Shown here in pieces: positions 18,024-27,668 of a stretch of 64,000 nt of DNA. Source of the DNA: Anaerohalosphaeraceae bacterium (lineage in GTDB: Bacteria; Planctomycetota; Phycisphaerae; Sedimentisphaerales; Anaerohalosphaeraceae); NCBI GenBank assembly GCA_963675525.2, contig CAXXSL010000013.1:640001-704000 (forward strand). The letters run 5' to 3'. A model generated the notes under the pieces. The model had not been told where the DNA came from. It worked only from the letters and a program-made list of their open reading frames with translations, and ran no database searches. A program made the translations under genes and the position numbers. Positions within the stretch are counted from its first letter, which is position 1. Each line of letters opens with the position of its first letter.

Positions 18024-21000
18024 TTACGATACTCTGGGAAGCTGAACATAAACCGACGTCCCAACATCCGGCTTTGATTCGATCCAGACATGCCCATCCT
18101 GACGATCCAGTATGCGAGCAATGATGGTCAACCCCAGCCCCTCTCCGTCCTTATCGCCGGGATTGAGACGATGAAATATCTCAAATACTTTTTTGACGTG
18201 TTCCGGATCGATCCCGATGCCGTTATCGGCTACACAGTAAACAATGCCTTCGGACTTTATTTCGGCACTGACATGGATTTTCGCTTTCCGGCCGGGATGA
18301 CGGTATTTGATCGCATTATCGATGAGATTGCTGAAAACCTGGTTGATCAATACCGCATCACCCCGACAGGCCGGCATTGGCTTATCAACCGTTATCTCAA
18401 TTTCCTCACTGCGGGTACGGAAGCGGAAATTATTGACGATAGCCTCAAGCATCTCGTACATATCCAGCTCGACCGAACAGACCTGAGCGGACCCGATCCG
18501 GCTGAGACGAAGCAGGCCCGTCAGCAGCACATCCATTTTTTGGTTGCCCGCCTTAATAAAACTCAGCGATTCGGGAATATCAATATTAAACAGGTACTCC
18601 AGTTGTTTTTGCGCCGACTCACCAAGATTCTCATCTGCCAGCAAACGTTGAATCTGGACAAGACTCTTTTCCAACTCGCCGGAAAACCCCCGAATGTTCA
18701 CCAGCGGACTGCGAAGGTCATGAGAGGCGATAAAGACGATGCTTTCCAGTTCCTCATTCTTGGATTGGAGTTCCTTGAGCAATTTGTCCTGCCAAATCTT
18801 GGCCAGCCGCTGCTCCGTCATATCATGGACCAGTGCCTGAATATACGTTTTTCCTTTCAGTTGGATAGGATTTAAAGAGACTTCGACAAAAATAAAACTG
18901 CCGTCCTTGTGCTGATACACCCAAGGGAATCGCTGAGGTTTCCCCTCCAGGACCAGCGCATTCATTTCCGGGGCCACCTCGGAGGATAACCGCCCGTTTT
19001 CCTGAAAGGTCGGCGAAAAATCGGCCGGGCTTTTAGAAATGATCTCAGAGGCATCCTCACAGCCAAACAACTTAACGGCCTGCGGATTACATTCGATAAA
19101 TCCCTTTTTATCCAGGATGAAAATGGCATCGCTGGCAGAGGTAAAAATCGAGCGGTGTTTATCTTCACTTTCCCGTAATGCTTCTTCTGTCTGTTTCCGC
19201 TCGGTAATATCGCGAGCAAAGGCGCAGTTGTATTCGATACCGTCATACTCAACAAAGTTGGCGTTAATCTCGACCGGAAAGACTCGCCCGTCCTTGGTTT
19301 TGTGATACGTCTCAATCTGTCTCACACCTTCGAGGCGTAACTGCTGCCATGAATCCGCCCACATCTCGGCCGAAAAATTCGGGTCGATATCATATATGTT
19401 TAGCGACAACAGTTCCTCACGAGTGTACCCCAGCGATTGGCAGGCCTTCTCATTGACATAGAAAAACGTCCCGTCCGGGTTCATCCAGAAGGCCGCCTCG
19501 CCGGCATGGTCGACGGCGAACTGAGTAAACTGAAGCGCCCGTTCGGCCGCCTTTCGTTCGGTAATGTCCTCCGAAATACCAAGTAAATAAGCCGGATCAC
19601 CATTGTCATCAAGTATCGGTATTTTTTTTGTATGAAGCAACCGTTCCCCATGGTTTGTTTCAATCGGTTCTTCAGGTATATCGAAAAGCGTTCTATTCTC
19701 AATCGCCTTTTTGTCATTTTCTGAAAAATGCTGTGCCTGTTCCTTGGGGAAAAGATCAAAATCGTCTTTACTTATTAATTCATCACGACTAAAACCGAGA
19801 AGTTCTTCCACTGCTCTGTTAACCCGAACAAATTTTAGATCCTTTGCATCTTTTATGAAGACCATATCAGGAATATTTTCAACGATTGAAGACAGAAACT
19901 CTTCGCTTTCCCTGATCGCGTCCTCAGCACGCTTGCGATTGGTAATATCGCGGACAAATGCACAAAGATACTCCTGGTTTTCGTACTCAAGGAAGTTAAC
20001 GGTCACCTCCACCGGAAAAACATACCCATCGCTGGTTTTATGACGCGATTCAAAGCGCATGGAGCGTTTTTCTTTCACCTCCTGCCAATGCTGCGGCCAA
20101 ATGTCGGCGGGGAAATCCGGGGCAATATCCTGCACTGACATCGTCAACAATTGTTCTTTGCTGTATTTAAGCGCCTCGCAGGCGGCATCATTGACATAAA
20201 TGAATTTCGCATCCGAGCCCATCCAGAATGCCGCTTCCCCGGCATGGTCCGTCGCGAACTGGGTAAACTGAAGTTGACGCATCATCTCCTCACGCTGATG
20301 TTCTGCAGCTTTGCGATTGGTGATGTCCCGAACAAATGAACAAATGTACTCTTTGCCTTCATACGTCATAAAGTTGGACGTGATCTCAACCGGAAAGACC
20401 GTGCCGTCTTTTCGTTTATGACGCCCCTCAAATCGCATTGTGCGTTTCTGCCGCATTTCGTCCCAGTGGACACCCCAGGCCTCAGGCGGATAAAACGGGT
20501 CGGTGTCCCGGACCGACATCTGCATCAGTTCGTCACGTGTATAGCCCAGCATTTGGCAGCCCATCTCATTGGCATAGACACACTTTTCGTCCCGGTCCAC
20601 CCAGTACGCCGCCTCGCCGGCGTGATCGAACGCGAACTGGGTAAACTGAAGCGTCTGTTCGGCATCTCTTTGATTCGTAATGTCCATCCCGGAACTCAAG
20701 GTTCCGACAATCTCACCTTCCTCCCGAATCACCGTATTGTGCCAGGCGATCAGTTTTTCTTTGCCGGTGGTTGTTATTACGGAATTCTCAAAATATTCGA
20801 CGGTGTTGCCCTGACCGATAATCAGATCACAAAATGCTTTCCGGGCTATTTTTCTCGTTGATTCCGGAAGAAATTCCGCAAACCAGTCTTTGCCGCGAGC
20901 CCGACTTTCGGTGCATTCCAAAATCTCGCACCCTTTCTTATTGAGCAATTTGATACGACCTTCGGCATCCAGCACCATAATCATCACCCCGGCAATATCC

Positions 21001-22946
21001 AGATATTGCTGCGCCCTGTCCCGCTCGGCGATCGCCATCTGACGAGCGAGCTTGGCCTCCGTAATATCAAGCGCATTAAAGATGACCCCTTTACTCCAAT
21101 CATCCGCATCGATCGGGGTCGAACTTAACAAAACATCGATTATTTTTCCGTCTTTTCGACGCCAGCGAGTCTCAACCGTACCGATTCCCTCCTCGGCGAT
21201 TTGCTGATATTTTTCCCGGCCTACATACTCATACTCTTCCTGGCTCGGATACAGCATTCGGGCATTCCGGCCCACCAACTCTTCATCCGCATATCCCGTC
21301 ATTGCACAAATCTGTTCATTGATATGCAAAAACACCCGGTTCGACAGCAAACCGATCCCGACCGGAGCGGCTCTCAAAATACTGTTGATTTCGGCCTGTT
21401 GCTGCCGGACTGCAAGCTCACCCTTTTTTCGCTCAGTAATATCACGGTCCACACCGCGATACCCCGTCAGGCGGCCGATCTTGTCCAATAGAGGAATGCC
21501 GTTGGTTTCTAAAATGACTTTCTTGCCGTTCCGATCAAGATTTATGTTTTCCAGGTGGCGGATCGGCTGTTTTTGCTCGACAGCCTCTTGAAATATCGGA
21601 CGAAGGCGGTCGGCCTCCTCTGCGGTCATCAAATCGAAGGGGGTTTTGCCGATCAGTTCCTGCGGCTCATAACCCAAAATGTTTTGGGATCGCGGACTGA
21701 CATAGGTATAGCGGCCATCAGCATCGACCTCCCATATCCAGTCACTGGTCGTCTCCACCAGATTGCGGAATCGTTGTTCTTGTTCCTGTACTGTCTGATG
21801 GACCGAACGATGGTGCGAAATAAACATCACCAGCCCCAGCACCAACCCGAACAACCCGGTAAGACCGCCTACCAGAACCCAGGTTAATTCTTTCGAAAGC
21901 GTGTAAAAAGGCACAGGGGCATTTATGACGATCGCCCCTTTTGGCAGAAGTGATTCAGAAATATGATATTTCTGCAGTTGCATATAATCAAACATGTACA
22001 CAGACACTTCATTGTTATTATCAAAAACCGGCAGTGTTCCAATATCGGTCCCTTCCAGTACCTGCTTGGTCATCTCCCCGGCAATACGGCCCTGCTTGAA
22101 TCCGCTGGAACATTTTCCGCCCATTAAACCCCGACCGACCTGCCATGTCGAAAATCCAAAAACAGGTCGATTCGTATGGCTCAATATCTCCGTCCACTCT
22201 TCCTGATAAATAGATTTGCCGGTTCTGTCATGCCACCAGCTGATGGCCAGGACAATCGCGTCGGAAGGAACCTTTGACAGGGCTTGAGACATTTCATCAA
22301 CGGTCAAGTCACGCAGCAGTTTGTACTCTACCCCCGGGTATTGAGCGGCAATGATTCGTTTAAACCGCTCAAGGTTGATTTCCGCCGTGACCGTATGGTC
22401 GCAGAGAGCATAGATCATTTTTGTCTGGGGTTGCAGTTTGAACGCAATTGACAGAGTTTCTTCGTAAGGTTCTTTTTCCAGAACACCGGTTATGGGCTGC
22501 CCGACAATCTGGGTCGGGTCGAATTGGCCGACACCGCAGAATACAACCGGAATGTTCTTAAACAGATCATCATGGTATTTAAGAACGTACTGATAAGCAT
22601 TGTCATCGACGGCAATGATGACATCGAACGTCATGTCACGATACTTCAGGGCATAAAGATCATGCAGTTCGCGAAGATATTCCTCGGTGTAGACTCTCTT
22701 GGTATCCATGTATTCAATATAAAAGAAGACATCGGAATCCCCACTAAGAACACTTTGGATGCCCGACAAAATATCCTCTGACCAGGTCGCCCTATGATAG
22801 CTGTTTATAACAAGTATTTTGGGAATGGCTGATTGATCTTGAGCCTGAACGCTAAAACTCAAAAAGATCGCGAACAAAAACACGGCCGCCGGAAATGCGG
22901 TCCTGAAAAACCAGCCTGCGTTATGGTGTTCCTGATGCAAATGCAA
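18024..22946 (-). CDS. Multi-PAS sensor histidine kinase with periplasmic substrate-binding-like domain
   Basis: ILVINSYH...EYMDTKR periplasmic domain, one TM, about 8 PAS/PAC modules, SHDLRSPL, NLIDNAIKY, DNGIGI, GEGLGL. Confidence 0.95.
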   Translation of the reverse strand: MHLHQEHHNAGWFFRTAFPAAVFLFAIFLSFSVQAQDQSAIPKILVINSYHRATWSEDILSGIQSVLSGDSDVFFYIEYMDTKRVYTEEYLRELHDLYALKYRDMTFDVIIAVDDNAYQYVLKYHDDLFKNIPVVFCGVGQFDPTQIVGQPITGVLEKEPYEETLSIAFKLQPQTKMIYALCDHTVTAEINLERFKRIIAAQYPGVEYKLLRDLTVDEMSQALSKVPSDAIVLAISWWHDRTGKSIYQEEWTEILSHTNRPVFGFSTWQVGRGLMGGKCSSGFKQGRIAGEMTKQVLEGTDIGTLPVFDNNNEVSVYMFDYMQLQKYHISESLLPKGAIVINAPVPFYTLSKELTWVLVGGLTGLFGLVLGLVMFISHHRSVHQTVQEQEQRFRNLVETTSDWIWEVDADGRYTYVSPRSQNILGYEPQELIGKTPFDLMTAEEADRLRPIFQEAVEQKQPIRHLENINLDRNGKKVILETNGIPLLDKIGRLTGYRGVDRDITERKKGELAVRQQQAEINSILRAAPVGIGLLSNRVFLHINEQICAMTGYADEELVGRNARMLYPSQEEYEYVGREKYQQIAEEGIGTVETRWRRKDGKIIDVLLSSTPIDADDWSKGVIFNALDITEAKLARQMAIAERDRAQQYLDIAGVMIMVLDAEGRIKLLNKKGCEILECTESRARGKDWFAEFLPESTRKIARKAFCDLIIGQGNTVEYFENSVITTTGKEKLIAWHNTVIREEGEIVGTLSSGMDITNQRDAEQTLQFTQFAFDHAGEAAYWVDRDEKCVYANEMGCQMLGYTRDELMQMSVRDTDPFYPPEAWGVHWDEMRQKRTMRFEGRHKRKDGTVFPVEITSNFMTYEGKEYICSFVRDITNRKAAEHQREEMMRQLQFTQFATDHAGEAAFWMGSDAKFIYVNDAACEALKYSKEQLLTMSVQDIAPDFPADIWPQHWQEVKEKRSMRFESRHKTSDGYVFPVEVTVNFLEYENQEYLCAFVRDITNRKRAEDAIRESEEFLSSIVENIPDMVFIKDAKDLKFVRVNRAVEELLGFSRDELISKDDFDLFPKEQAQHFSENDKKAIENRTLFDIPEEPIETNHGERLLHTKKIPILDDNGDPAYLLGISEDITERKAAERALQFTQFAVDHAGEAAFWMNPDGTFFYVNEKACQSLGYTREELLSLNIYDIDPNFSAEMWADSWQQLRLEGVRQIETYHKTKDGRVFPVEINANFVEYDGIEYNCAFARDITERKQTEEALRESEDKHRSIFTSASDAIFILDKKGFIECNPQAVKLFGCEDASEIISKSPADFSPTFQENGRLSSEVAPEMNALVLEGKPQRFPWVYQHKDGSFIFVEVSLNPIQLKGKTYIQALVHDMTEQRLAKIWQDKLLKELQSKNEELESIVFIASHDLRSPLVNIRGFSGELEKSLVQIQRLLADENLGESAQKQLEYLFNIDIPESLSFIKAGNQKMDVLLTGLLRLSRIGSAQVCSVELDMYEMLEAIVNNFRFRTRSEEIEITVDKPMPACRGDAVLINQVFSNLIDNAIKYRHPGRKAKIHVSAEIKSEGIVYCVADNGIGIDPEHVKKVFEIFHRLNPGDKDGEGLGLTIIARILDRQDGHVWIESKPDVGTSVYVQLPRVS

Positions 22947-23136
22947 ACCCTCTTCTTTTAATTAGAATGTATGGCTTTTTTTCCGCGTGTTTGATCGATT
23001 TAGCCGCCATAGACAAATCACACATATTGGATAATGTTATACTCAGATTGTCAAGTCAAGCTTTAAAATAGTCACATTATCATCGGGAGAAATTATGACG
23101 GAACGCAAAATGACCGCGAAAAAGGAGGTCTAATAT

Positions 23137-23232
23137 AAAAGCCAGATTCTCGAATGTGGAATCTGGCTTCGGAGGAGGGTGATGAAAAGTTTATTGATTA
23201 TTACTATTTGTCCTCTTGTCCTCGCGCTTCTC
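23137..23232 (-). ncRNA. Candidate small RNA with anti-Shine-Dalgarno motif and intrinsic terminator
   Basis: Minus strand reads UUUUCAUCACCCUCCUCC, then an 11-bp stem AAGCCAGAUUC/GAAUCUGGCUU and UUUU. ECF-like TAAAC...CGTCATAAT lies upstream; there is no ORF. Confidence 0.45.
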
Positions 23233-23502
23233 TATATATTATGACGTACAATGTGAACGGTTTGTTTATAATTTTTTTTGTTTTTTATAATAATATTGTA
23301 TCTTTTTCATGCCATGCTTGTGGATGACCCTGCTTGTTGTTTCTTATCTCATTGTATACAATAGACTTAAGCCTAACACGACGGGGCGTTCGTCTGGCAA
23401 CAAAAAACACGTACAGGCGACCTTGAAATCCCGGAATAAGCGTTATTGATTACCTGTCAAATCTCACAAAATCACATTTTTTGAAAATCCATACAAAAGC
23501 CC

Positions 23503-23540
23503 TTGACAGTTTAAATAAAAATATATAACTTTATATTTAA
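23503..23540 (+). promoter_or_regulatory. Putative sigma70 promoter with overlapping AT-rich inverted repeat, upstream of the HTH-ABC genes
   Basis: TTGACA at 23503; TTAAATA...TATTTAA dyad at 23511-23540. The -10 box is imperfect. Confidence 0.4.
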
Positions 23541-23716
23541 TTTGGTATTTATTTAACATACTTTTGTCATAAAGAATAATGCACAGCAGAAGGAGCAGTT
23601 CTGCAACAGCAGGGGAAGCTGGTTTACCGGTTCGAGTATCCAGAGGATTCTGCTGTCTGGATTTTCAGGAAATCCCCTGTTTTCAGTCGCCACAAAAATG
23701 AAGGAGTCGCAATAGG

Positions 23717-24193
23717 ATGTCTGCTCGACCCAAAATAACTAAACGCCGCATACCGCATCAGCGAAATAAGGAGGATATGAACCTCGTTCGCCTTCGCAGT
23801 GATCTGCTCTGTCGTGAAGATAAGGCATTGATCCAGATGATCTTTGAAAAAGGCAGCTCATTTATAGAGATCGCAGAACTCACCGGCCAGAATCCGTCCA
23901 GTATTAACCGGCGTTTCCGCGCCCTGCTGCAAAAACTGCTTGCCAAAGAGCCGATATCCCTGCTGCACCATCAGAATGCGTTTGATCCGCTGGATATCAG
24001 CATCTGCCGGGACTATTATCTGCAGGGTTTGCCGCAGAGAACTATTTCTCACAAATTAAACGTTTCCCTTTACCGCGTTCGCAGGGTACTTAGGACAGTT
24101 CGATACCTGCTCTATAACGGCACGGCTCCGGCCGTCAAACGAAATCGGAAATCCATCTCTAAACTTGAAGGAGTAAACGATGCACACATTTAA
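23717..24193 (+). CDS. Putative DNA-binding protein with two HTH-like segments
   Basis: SFIEIAELTGQNPSSINRRF and YYLQGLPQRTISHKLNVSLYRVRR (sigma70 region 4-like); AAGGAG RBS. Confidence 0.7.
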   Translation: MSARPKITKRRIPHQRNKEDMNLVRLRSDLLCREDKALIQMIFEKGSSFIEIAELTGQNPSSINRRFRALLQKLLAKEPISLLHHQNAFDPLDISICRDYYLQGLPQRTISHKLNVSLYRVRRVLRTVRYLLYNGTAPAVKRNRKSISKLEGVNDAHI

Positions 24194-24878
24194 CATTCGA
24201 ACATCATCGGACTGGACACTAAAGCCAACCGACCGGGTCAATCAACTGATGCGTCTGTTTGGACTTCGGATCAACCGCCTCAACCAGCGTGCGACGGAGC
24301 ATCATTGCCAGATGACACTTTATCCGGGACAGATCTGCTGTATCACCGGTTCCAGCGGCGCAGGGAAAAGCACCCTTTTGAACACAATATACAACCGTAT
24401 CGCTGCCGGTCTGCGGATACGGCTCGACGAAATTGCGATCGAGACGGACAGGCCGATGATCGATTGCCTTAATGGACCATTACTCGATGCCGTCGATGCG
24501 CTTAGCAAGGCCGGACTTAGCGATGTTCTTTCGATGCTGAAAATCCCTTGTCAATTAAGTGCGGGACAGCAATGGCGGTATCGTCTGGCAAAGGCGATGC
24601 AAAGCGGCCGGCAATGGATCTTTATCGATGAATTTTCCGCTTCGGTGGACCGCATTACCGCATGTGTCATCGCCCACAATCTCCGGAAGATCGCCCGACG
24701 AAACAATACCATTTTCATCCTGGCATCGTGTCATGAGGATTTTCTAACCGACCTGCGGCCGGATGTGGTTATCGTCACATACCTGAACGGGAAAACAAAC
24801 GTCATCTACTGTGAAAATCACAAGAAACGTTCGATGACGGGATCGTCTGAATCGGTGGAATTGCGCAAAAATCATTAA
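24180..24878 (+). CDS. Stand-alone ABC-family ATPase (no permease nearby)
   Basis: Walker A GSSGAGKST, signature LSAGQQWR, Walker B IFIDEF, H-loop ASCHED. Confidence 0.85.
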   Translation: MHTFNIRTSSDWTLKPTDRVNQLMRLFGLRINRLNQRATEHHCQMTLYPGQICCITGSSGAGKSTLLNTIYNRIAAGLRIRLDEIAIETDRPMIDCLNGPLLDAVDALSKAGLSDVLSMLKIPCQLSAGQQWRYRLAKAMQSGRQWIFIDEFSASVDRITACVIAHNLRKIARRNNTIFILASCHEDFLTDLRPDVVIVTYLNGKTNVIYCENHKKRSMTGSSESVELRKNH

Positions 24879-24921
24879 CTTTGAGTTGCACGCTTTTTGA
24901 CAAGTTCATAGCGTTTTATTC

Positions 24922-25227
24922 TTATTGTGACCTGTTTCCTCTGTCCTTTTGACGGTGGTTGTAGATAAACGAGCCTTTCCCTGCATCGGCCAGCACTTGT
25001 TCGGCCCACATGTTTTGATGCGGCATCATCTGCGCCGGTACTTTATCCCTCCCAATAACATCGGCAATGACCTTGCGGGCACAGGCATCAAAATTTTTCA
25101 GACAATAGCTGTCTTTGAGCTTTTCCACCAATTCCGGCATCTCTTTTTGAGATTGAATTACAAACAGACATGTTTTTATTAATGGACATGTATCAATGAG
25201 GATTGCTTCATTGTCGATTTTCGTCAT
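24922..25227 (-). CDS. Small Cys-rich hypothetical protein
   Basis: CPLIKTC...YCLKNFDACARK...GRDKVP pattern; AT-rich upstream region. Confidence 0.6.
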   Translation of the reverse strand: MTKIDNEAILIDTCPLIKTCLFVIQSQKEMPELVEKLKDSYCLKNFDACARKVIADVIGRDKVPAQMMPHQNMWAEQVLADAGKGSFIYNHRQKDRGNRSQ

Positions 25228-25589
25228 TGGCTATATACACCTGAAAAAAGAGCTGTAATAGTAATTTTCACAACTGCACTTTTATTATGTAAGGGTAGAA
25301 AAAGTAATATTTGATTTTTAAACAATACAAAAACCACTATTTAAAGTCCGAGAAATTGTCTTTATACAAAAACGATATAAAAACTTTTCTCAGCCCTGTT
25401 TCCTGACCCCAAGTTATAAACTCCACTTGAGTAGGTTCAGCACTTTATCTCATTTTTAGCATTGTATCATGCTTTCTACTAATATATCGGTAATATTACC
25501 CATTCTATTTAGGTGTTTGTGTCGAAAAAGTGTGTTTTTAGTAATTTATTGACTTTTAGCATCTATTAGGATCAAGAAAGGATGTATTT

Positions 25590-26357
25590 ATGGGAACCAA
25601 AAACATCATCTGCTGTATTCAAAAAGACTTAATAATTGAACCTGTGGGAATGAATACCTACCATACACTCGCTGATTTTCATTATCGTCAAGGACCATTG
25701 GGCCCTCACACGCATCTGTTTGGTATTCTCGATAACCATATCCGCCGCAGACTGACCGCACCGGTCGTTGGCGTAATCGTCTATCGCCCGCCGGTACCGA
25801 ATCTGGCCATCCGCAACATCGCCACCGGCGGCTTCTTTTCGGGACTTCCCCGGTCGACGGGGCTTTCGCTTCTGAATGAGCATGTGCGGTGCATCAGCCG
25901 GGTCATTATCGACCCGCGGTATCGCGGGCTGGGGCTGGCAAGCTGGCTGGTAGCCGAAACGATGCCCCTGACCGGTGCCGCGATGGTCGAGGCATCCAGT
26001 GTCATGGCCGGTTTTCACCCCTTCTTTAAGCGGGCGGGGATGCTGGAATTTCGCTCGGCCCCGGATGTCAAAACCGAACGGATGAAAGCGGCACTGGAAA
26101 CCGTCGGCATTGACGAGAGACAGTGGATCGATACCGAACAGGTGCATGAACAGATTGAGTCATTGAATATGCCGCATCGGGCGTTCATCGAAAAACAGAT
26201 ATACAACTTCCTGCAGAAGTTCGCCCGCCAGCGTACCATGCCCCACAGCCTCGACCGCACCGACTTCGTCCTGAGCAAACTCGGAGCCCCCGGTCACTAC
26301 TACCTCTGGTTCAACCCCGACAAACCCATTATAAGTTTGACGGATACAATAATTTGA
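25590..26357 (+). CDS. GNAT-family acyltransferase (possibly Mom-like)
   Basis: LADFHYR and acetyl-CoA-binding motif ISRVIIDPRYRGLGLAS; HPFFKRAGM; AAGGA RBS. Confidence 0.8.
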   Translation: MGTKNIICCIQKDLIIEPVGMNTYHTLADFHYRQGPLGPHTHLFGILDNHIRRRLTAPVVGVIVYRPPVPNLAIRNIATGGFFSGLPRSTGLSLLNEHVRCISRVIIDPRYRGLGLASWLVAETMPLTGAAMVEASSVMAGFHPFFKRAGMLEFRSAPDVKTERMKAALETVGIDERQWIDTEQVHEQIESLNMPHRAFIEKQIYNFLQKFARQRTMPHSLDRTDFVLSKLGAPGHYYLWFNPDKPIISLTDTII

Positions 26358-26407
26358 ATATAGTTGTCGTTAATAAGATCATGTGTACTTTTTTAATAAA
26401 GGAAGAA

Positions 26408-26782
26408 ATGATGGTTCTGTCAATTTTTAGGAAAATATTCTCCAAAAACAAAGCGAGATACATCACAGAAAGCCATGGTTCATTAATTCCTTGGCATAAA
26501 CGGATAGTCTTAAAACCATTACGACATGTTACCCTCGCTCTACCAGATCAAATCCTCGGTGAAGATGAAAAAATAGGATCCGTAATTCATGGGCCGGATG
26601 AAATGGAATTCAGTCAAGGTGCCGAAGATAAGTTTATTTATCTGCGAATCCAACCCGGTATGCGGGTATGGCTATCAAAAAGCTGCGATGCCATTGTATA
26701 TTCCGACGATCAGGAGCCTGTACGTTTCGAAATAGAAATCCCAGAGAAATACCAACAATACATCAACCCTAAATACAAGTGA
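26408..26782 (+). CDS. Hypothetical protein
   Basis: Open frame of 124 aa after an AAGGAAG RBS; no motif recognised. Confidence 0.55.
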   Translation: MMVLSIFRKIFSKNKARYITESHGSLIPWHKRIVLKPLRHVTLALPDQILGEDEKIGSVIHGPDEMEFSQGAEDKFIYLRIQPGMRVWLSKSCDAIVYSDDQEPVRFEIEIPEKYQQYINPKYK

Positions 26783-27385
26783 CTATTTCCAAAAGTCGGG
26801 GCGTCTGATGACAGACTTGCCAATCGTTATCTCATCCGGAAACTGACTGGCCCGCAATAACTTTTGCGACATTTTGAACTTAAAGTCCGCCTCTTGCCGT
26901 AAATCAAAACAGTTGCTATCTATCGGAAACATTACTCCGACCTGTTTCTCAGGAAAAAGTCTTCGTACCGCCAAAATCGCCGGAGTTAAATCTGAGTCGG
27001 CAGAAATAATTACTGCTCTATCATATTTATCTTCGACTGCATCAGCTAACAGCCGAATCGCAATGTTCACATCGGTTTGTTTTTCTTCATGTGTCTTAAA
27101 CGTCCGCTGGCAAAGATGACAGCAAGTGTTTTTGTTTTTAAATCGTCCCGGTACAAATTCAACTCCTGTCGATCGAAGAGCCGTGACATAATCCTGATGA
27201 CGCTTGTGTTTATCCGGCTTCCATGTAATGTAGGCTGAAAAATAACAAACGTGCTCAAGTTTATCATGGGCAAGTAGAATTGATTTCGCTAACTGATAAT
27301 AGTTAAGCCATTTGAAATGAGGGTATTTCCGCTTGAGGGCATAGTACATGTTGAAACCGTCGACATAAAAGCAATATCGATACAT
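26783..27385 (-). CDS. NYN-domain (LabA/DUF88, PIN-like) ribonuclease
   Basis: YVDGFNMYY, EEKQTDVNIA, ISADSDL; AAGGAG RBS upstream of ATG 27385. Confidence 0.9.
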   Translation of the reverse strand: MYRYCFYVDGFNMYYALKRKYPHFKWLNYYQLAKSILLAHDKLEHVCYFSAYITWKPDKHKRHQDYVTALRSTGVEFVPGRFKNKNTCCHLCQRTFKTHEEKQTDVNIAIRLLADAVEDKYDRAVIISADSDLTPAILAVRRLFPEKQVGVMFPIDSNCFDLRQEADFKFKMSQKLLRASQFPDEITIGKSVIRRPDFWK

Positions 27386-27408
27386 TATCTCTCCTTCCTT
27401 AGAGCTAC

Positions 27409-27465
27409 AAAAAAACCCAGACACCCGAAAGAGTCTGGGGCCTGACGCTTAAAGCACCAGGGATA
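27409..27465 (-). ncRNA. Structured leader / candidate RNA antitoxin upstream of the NYN gene
   Basis: Hairpin CCUGGUGC-UUUAA-GCGUCAGG, then terminator CCCAGAC...GUCUGGG-U7, between the promoter and the RBS. Confidence 0.5.
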
Positions 27466-27472
27466 TACTTAT

Positions 27473-27501
27473 ATTATCGGATATCAACACTATATGTTCA
27501 A
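27473..27501 (-). promoter_or_regulatory. Sigma70 promoter of the leader-NYN unit
   Basis: TTGAAC-N17-GATAAT. Confidence 0.6.
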
Positions 27502-27593
27502 GTATTTTTTAGGATTTTTTTCGTACAAGCTTTATTTTTACACGAAAAATGTACTATTTCGGGCGTTTTTTAATGGAATTTTCCTGTTTCAAT

Positions 27594-27620
27594 AGATTCC
27601 TCACTTCGTTCGGAATGACA
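27594..27620. repeat. Solitary REP-like palindrome AGATTCCTCACTTCGTTCGGAATGACA
   Basis: ATTCC/GGAAT stem with a TGACA end; resembles widespread extragenic palindromes but is single-copy in this window. Confidence 0.35.
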
Positions 27621-27668
27621 CCCATTAATCACTGTTTACTGTTCACTGAAAAAGAAAGGAGTTTTACC

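Noticed and set aside
23310..23320. TGCCATGCTTG as an additional type A REP
   Set aside because: Only 11 nt match and the palindrome's second arm is missing.
26745..26782. End of the 26408 gene (YINPK) as a scar of the GNAT 3' end (WFNPD)
   Set aside because: Only about 7 nt are shared, which is indistinguishable from chance.
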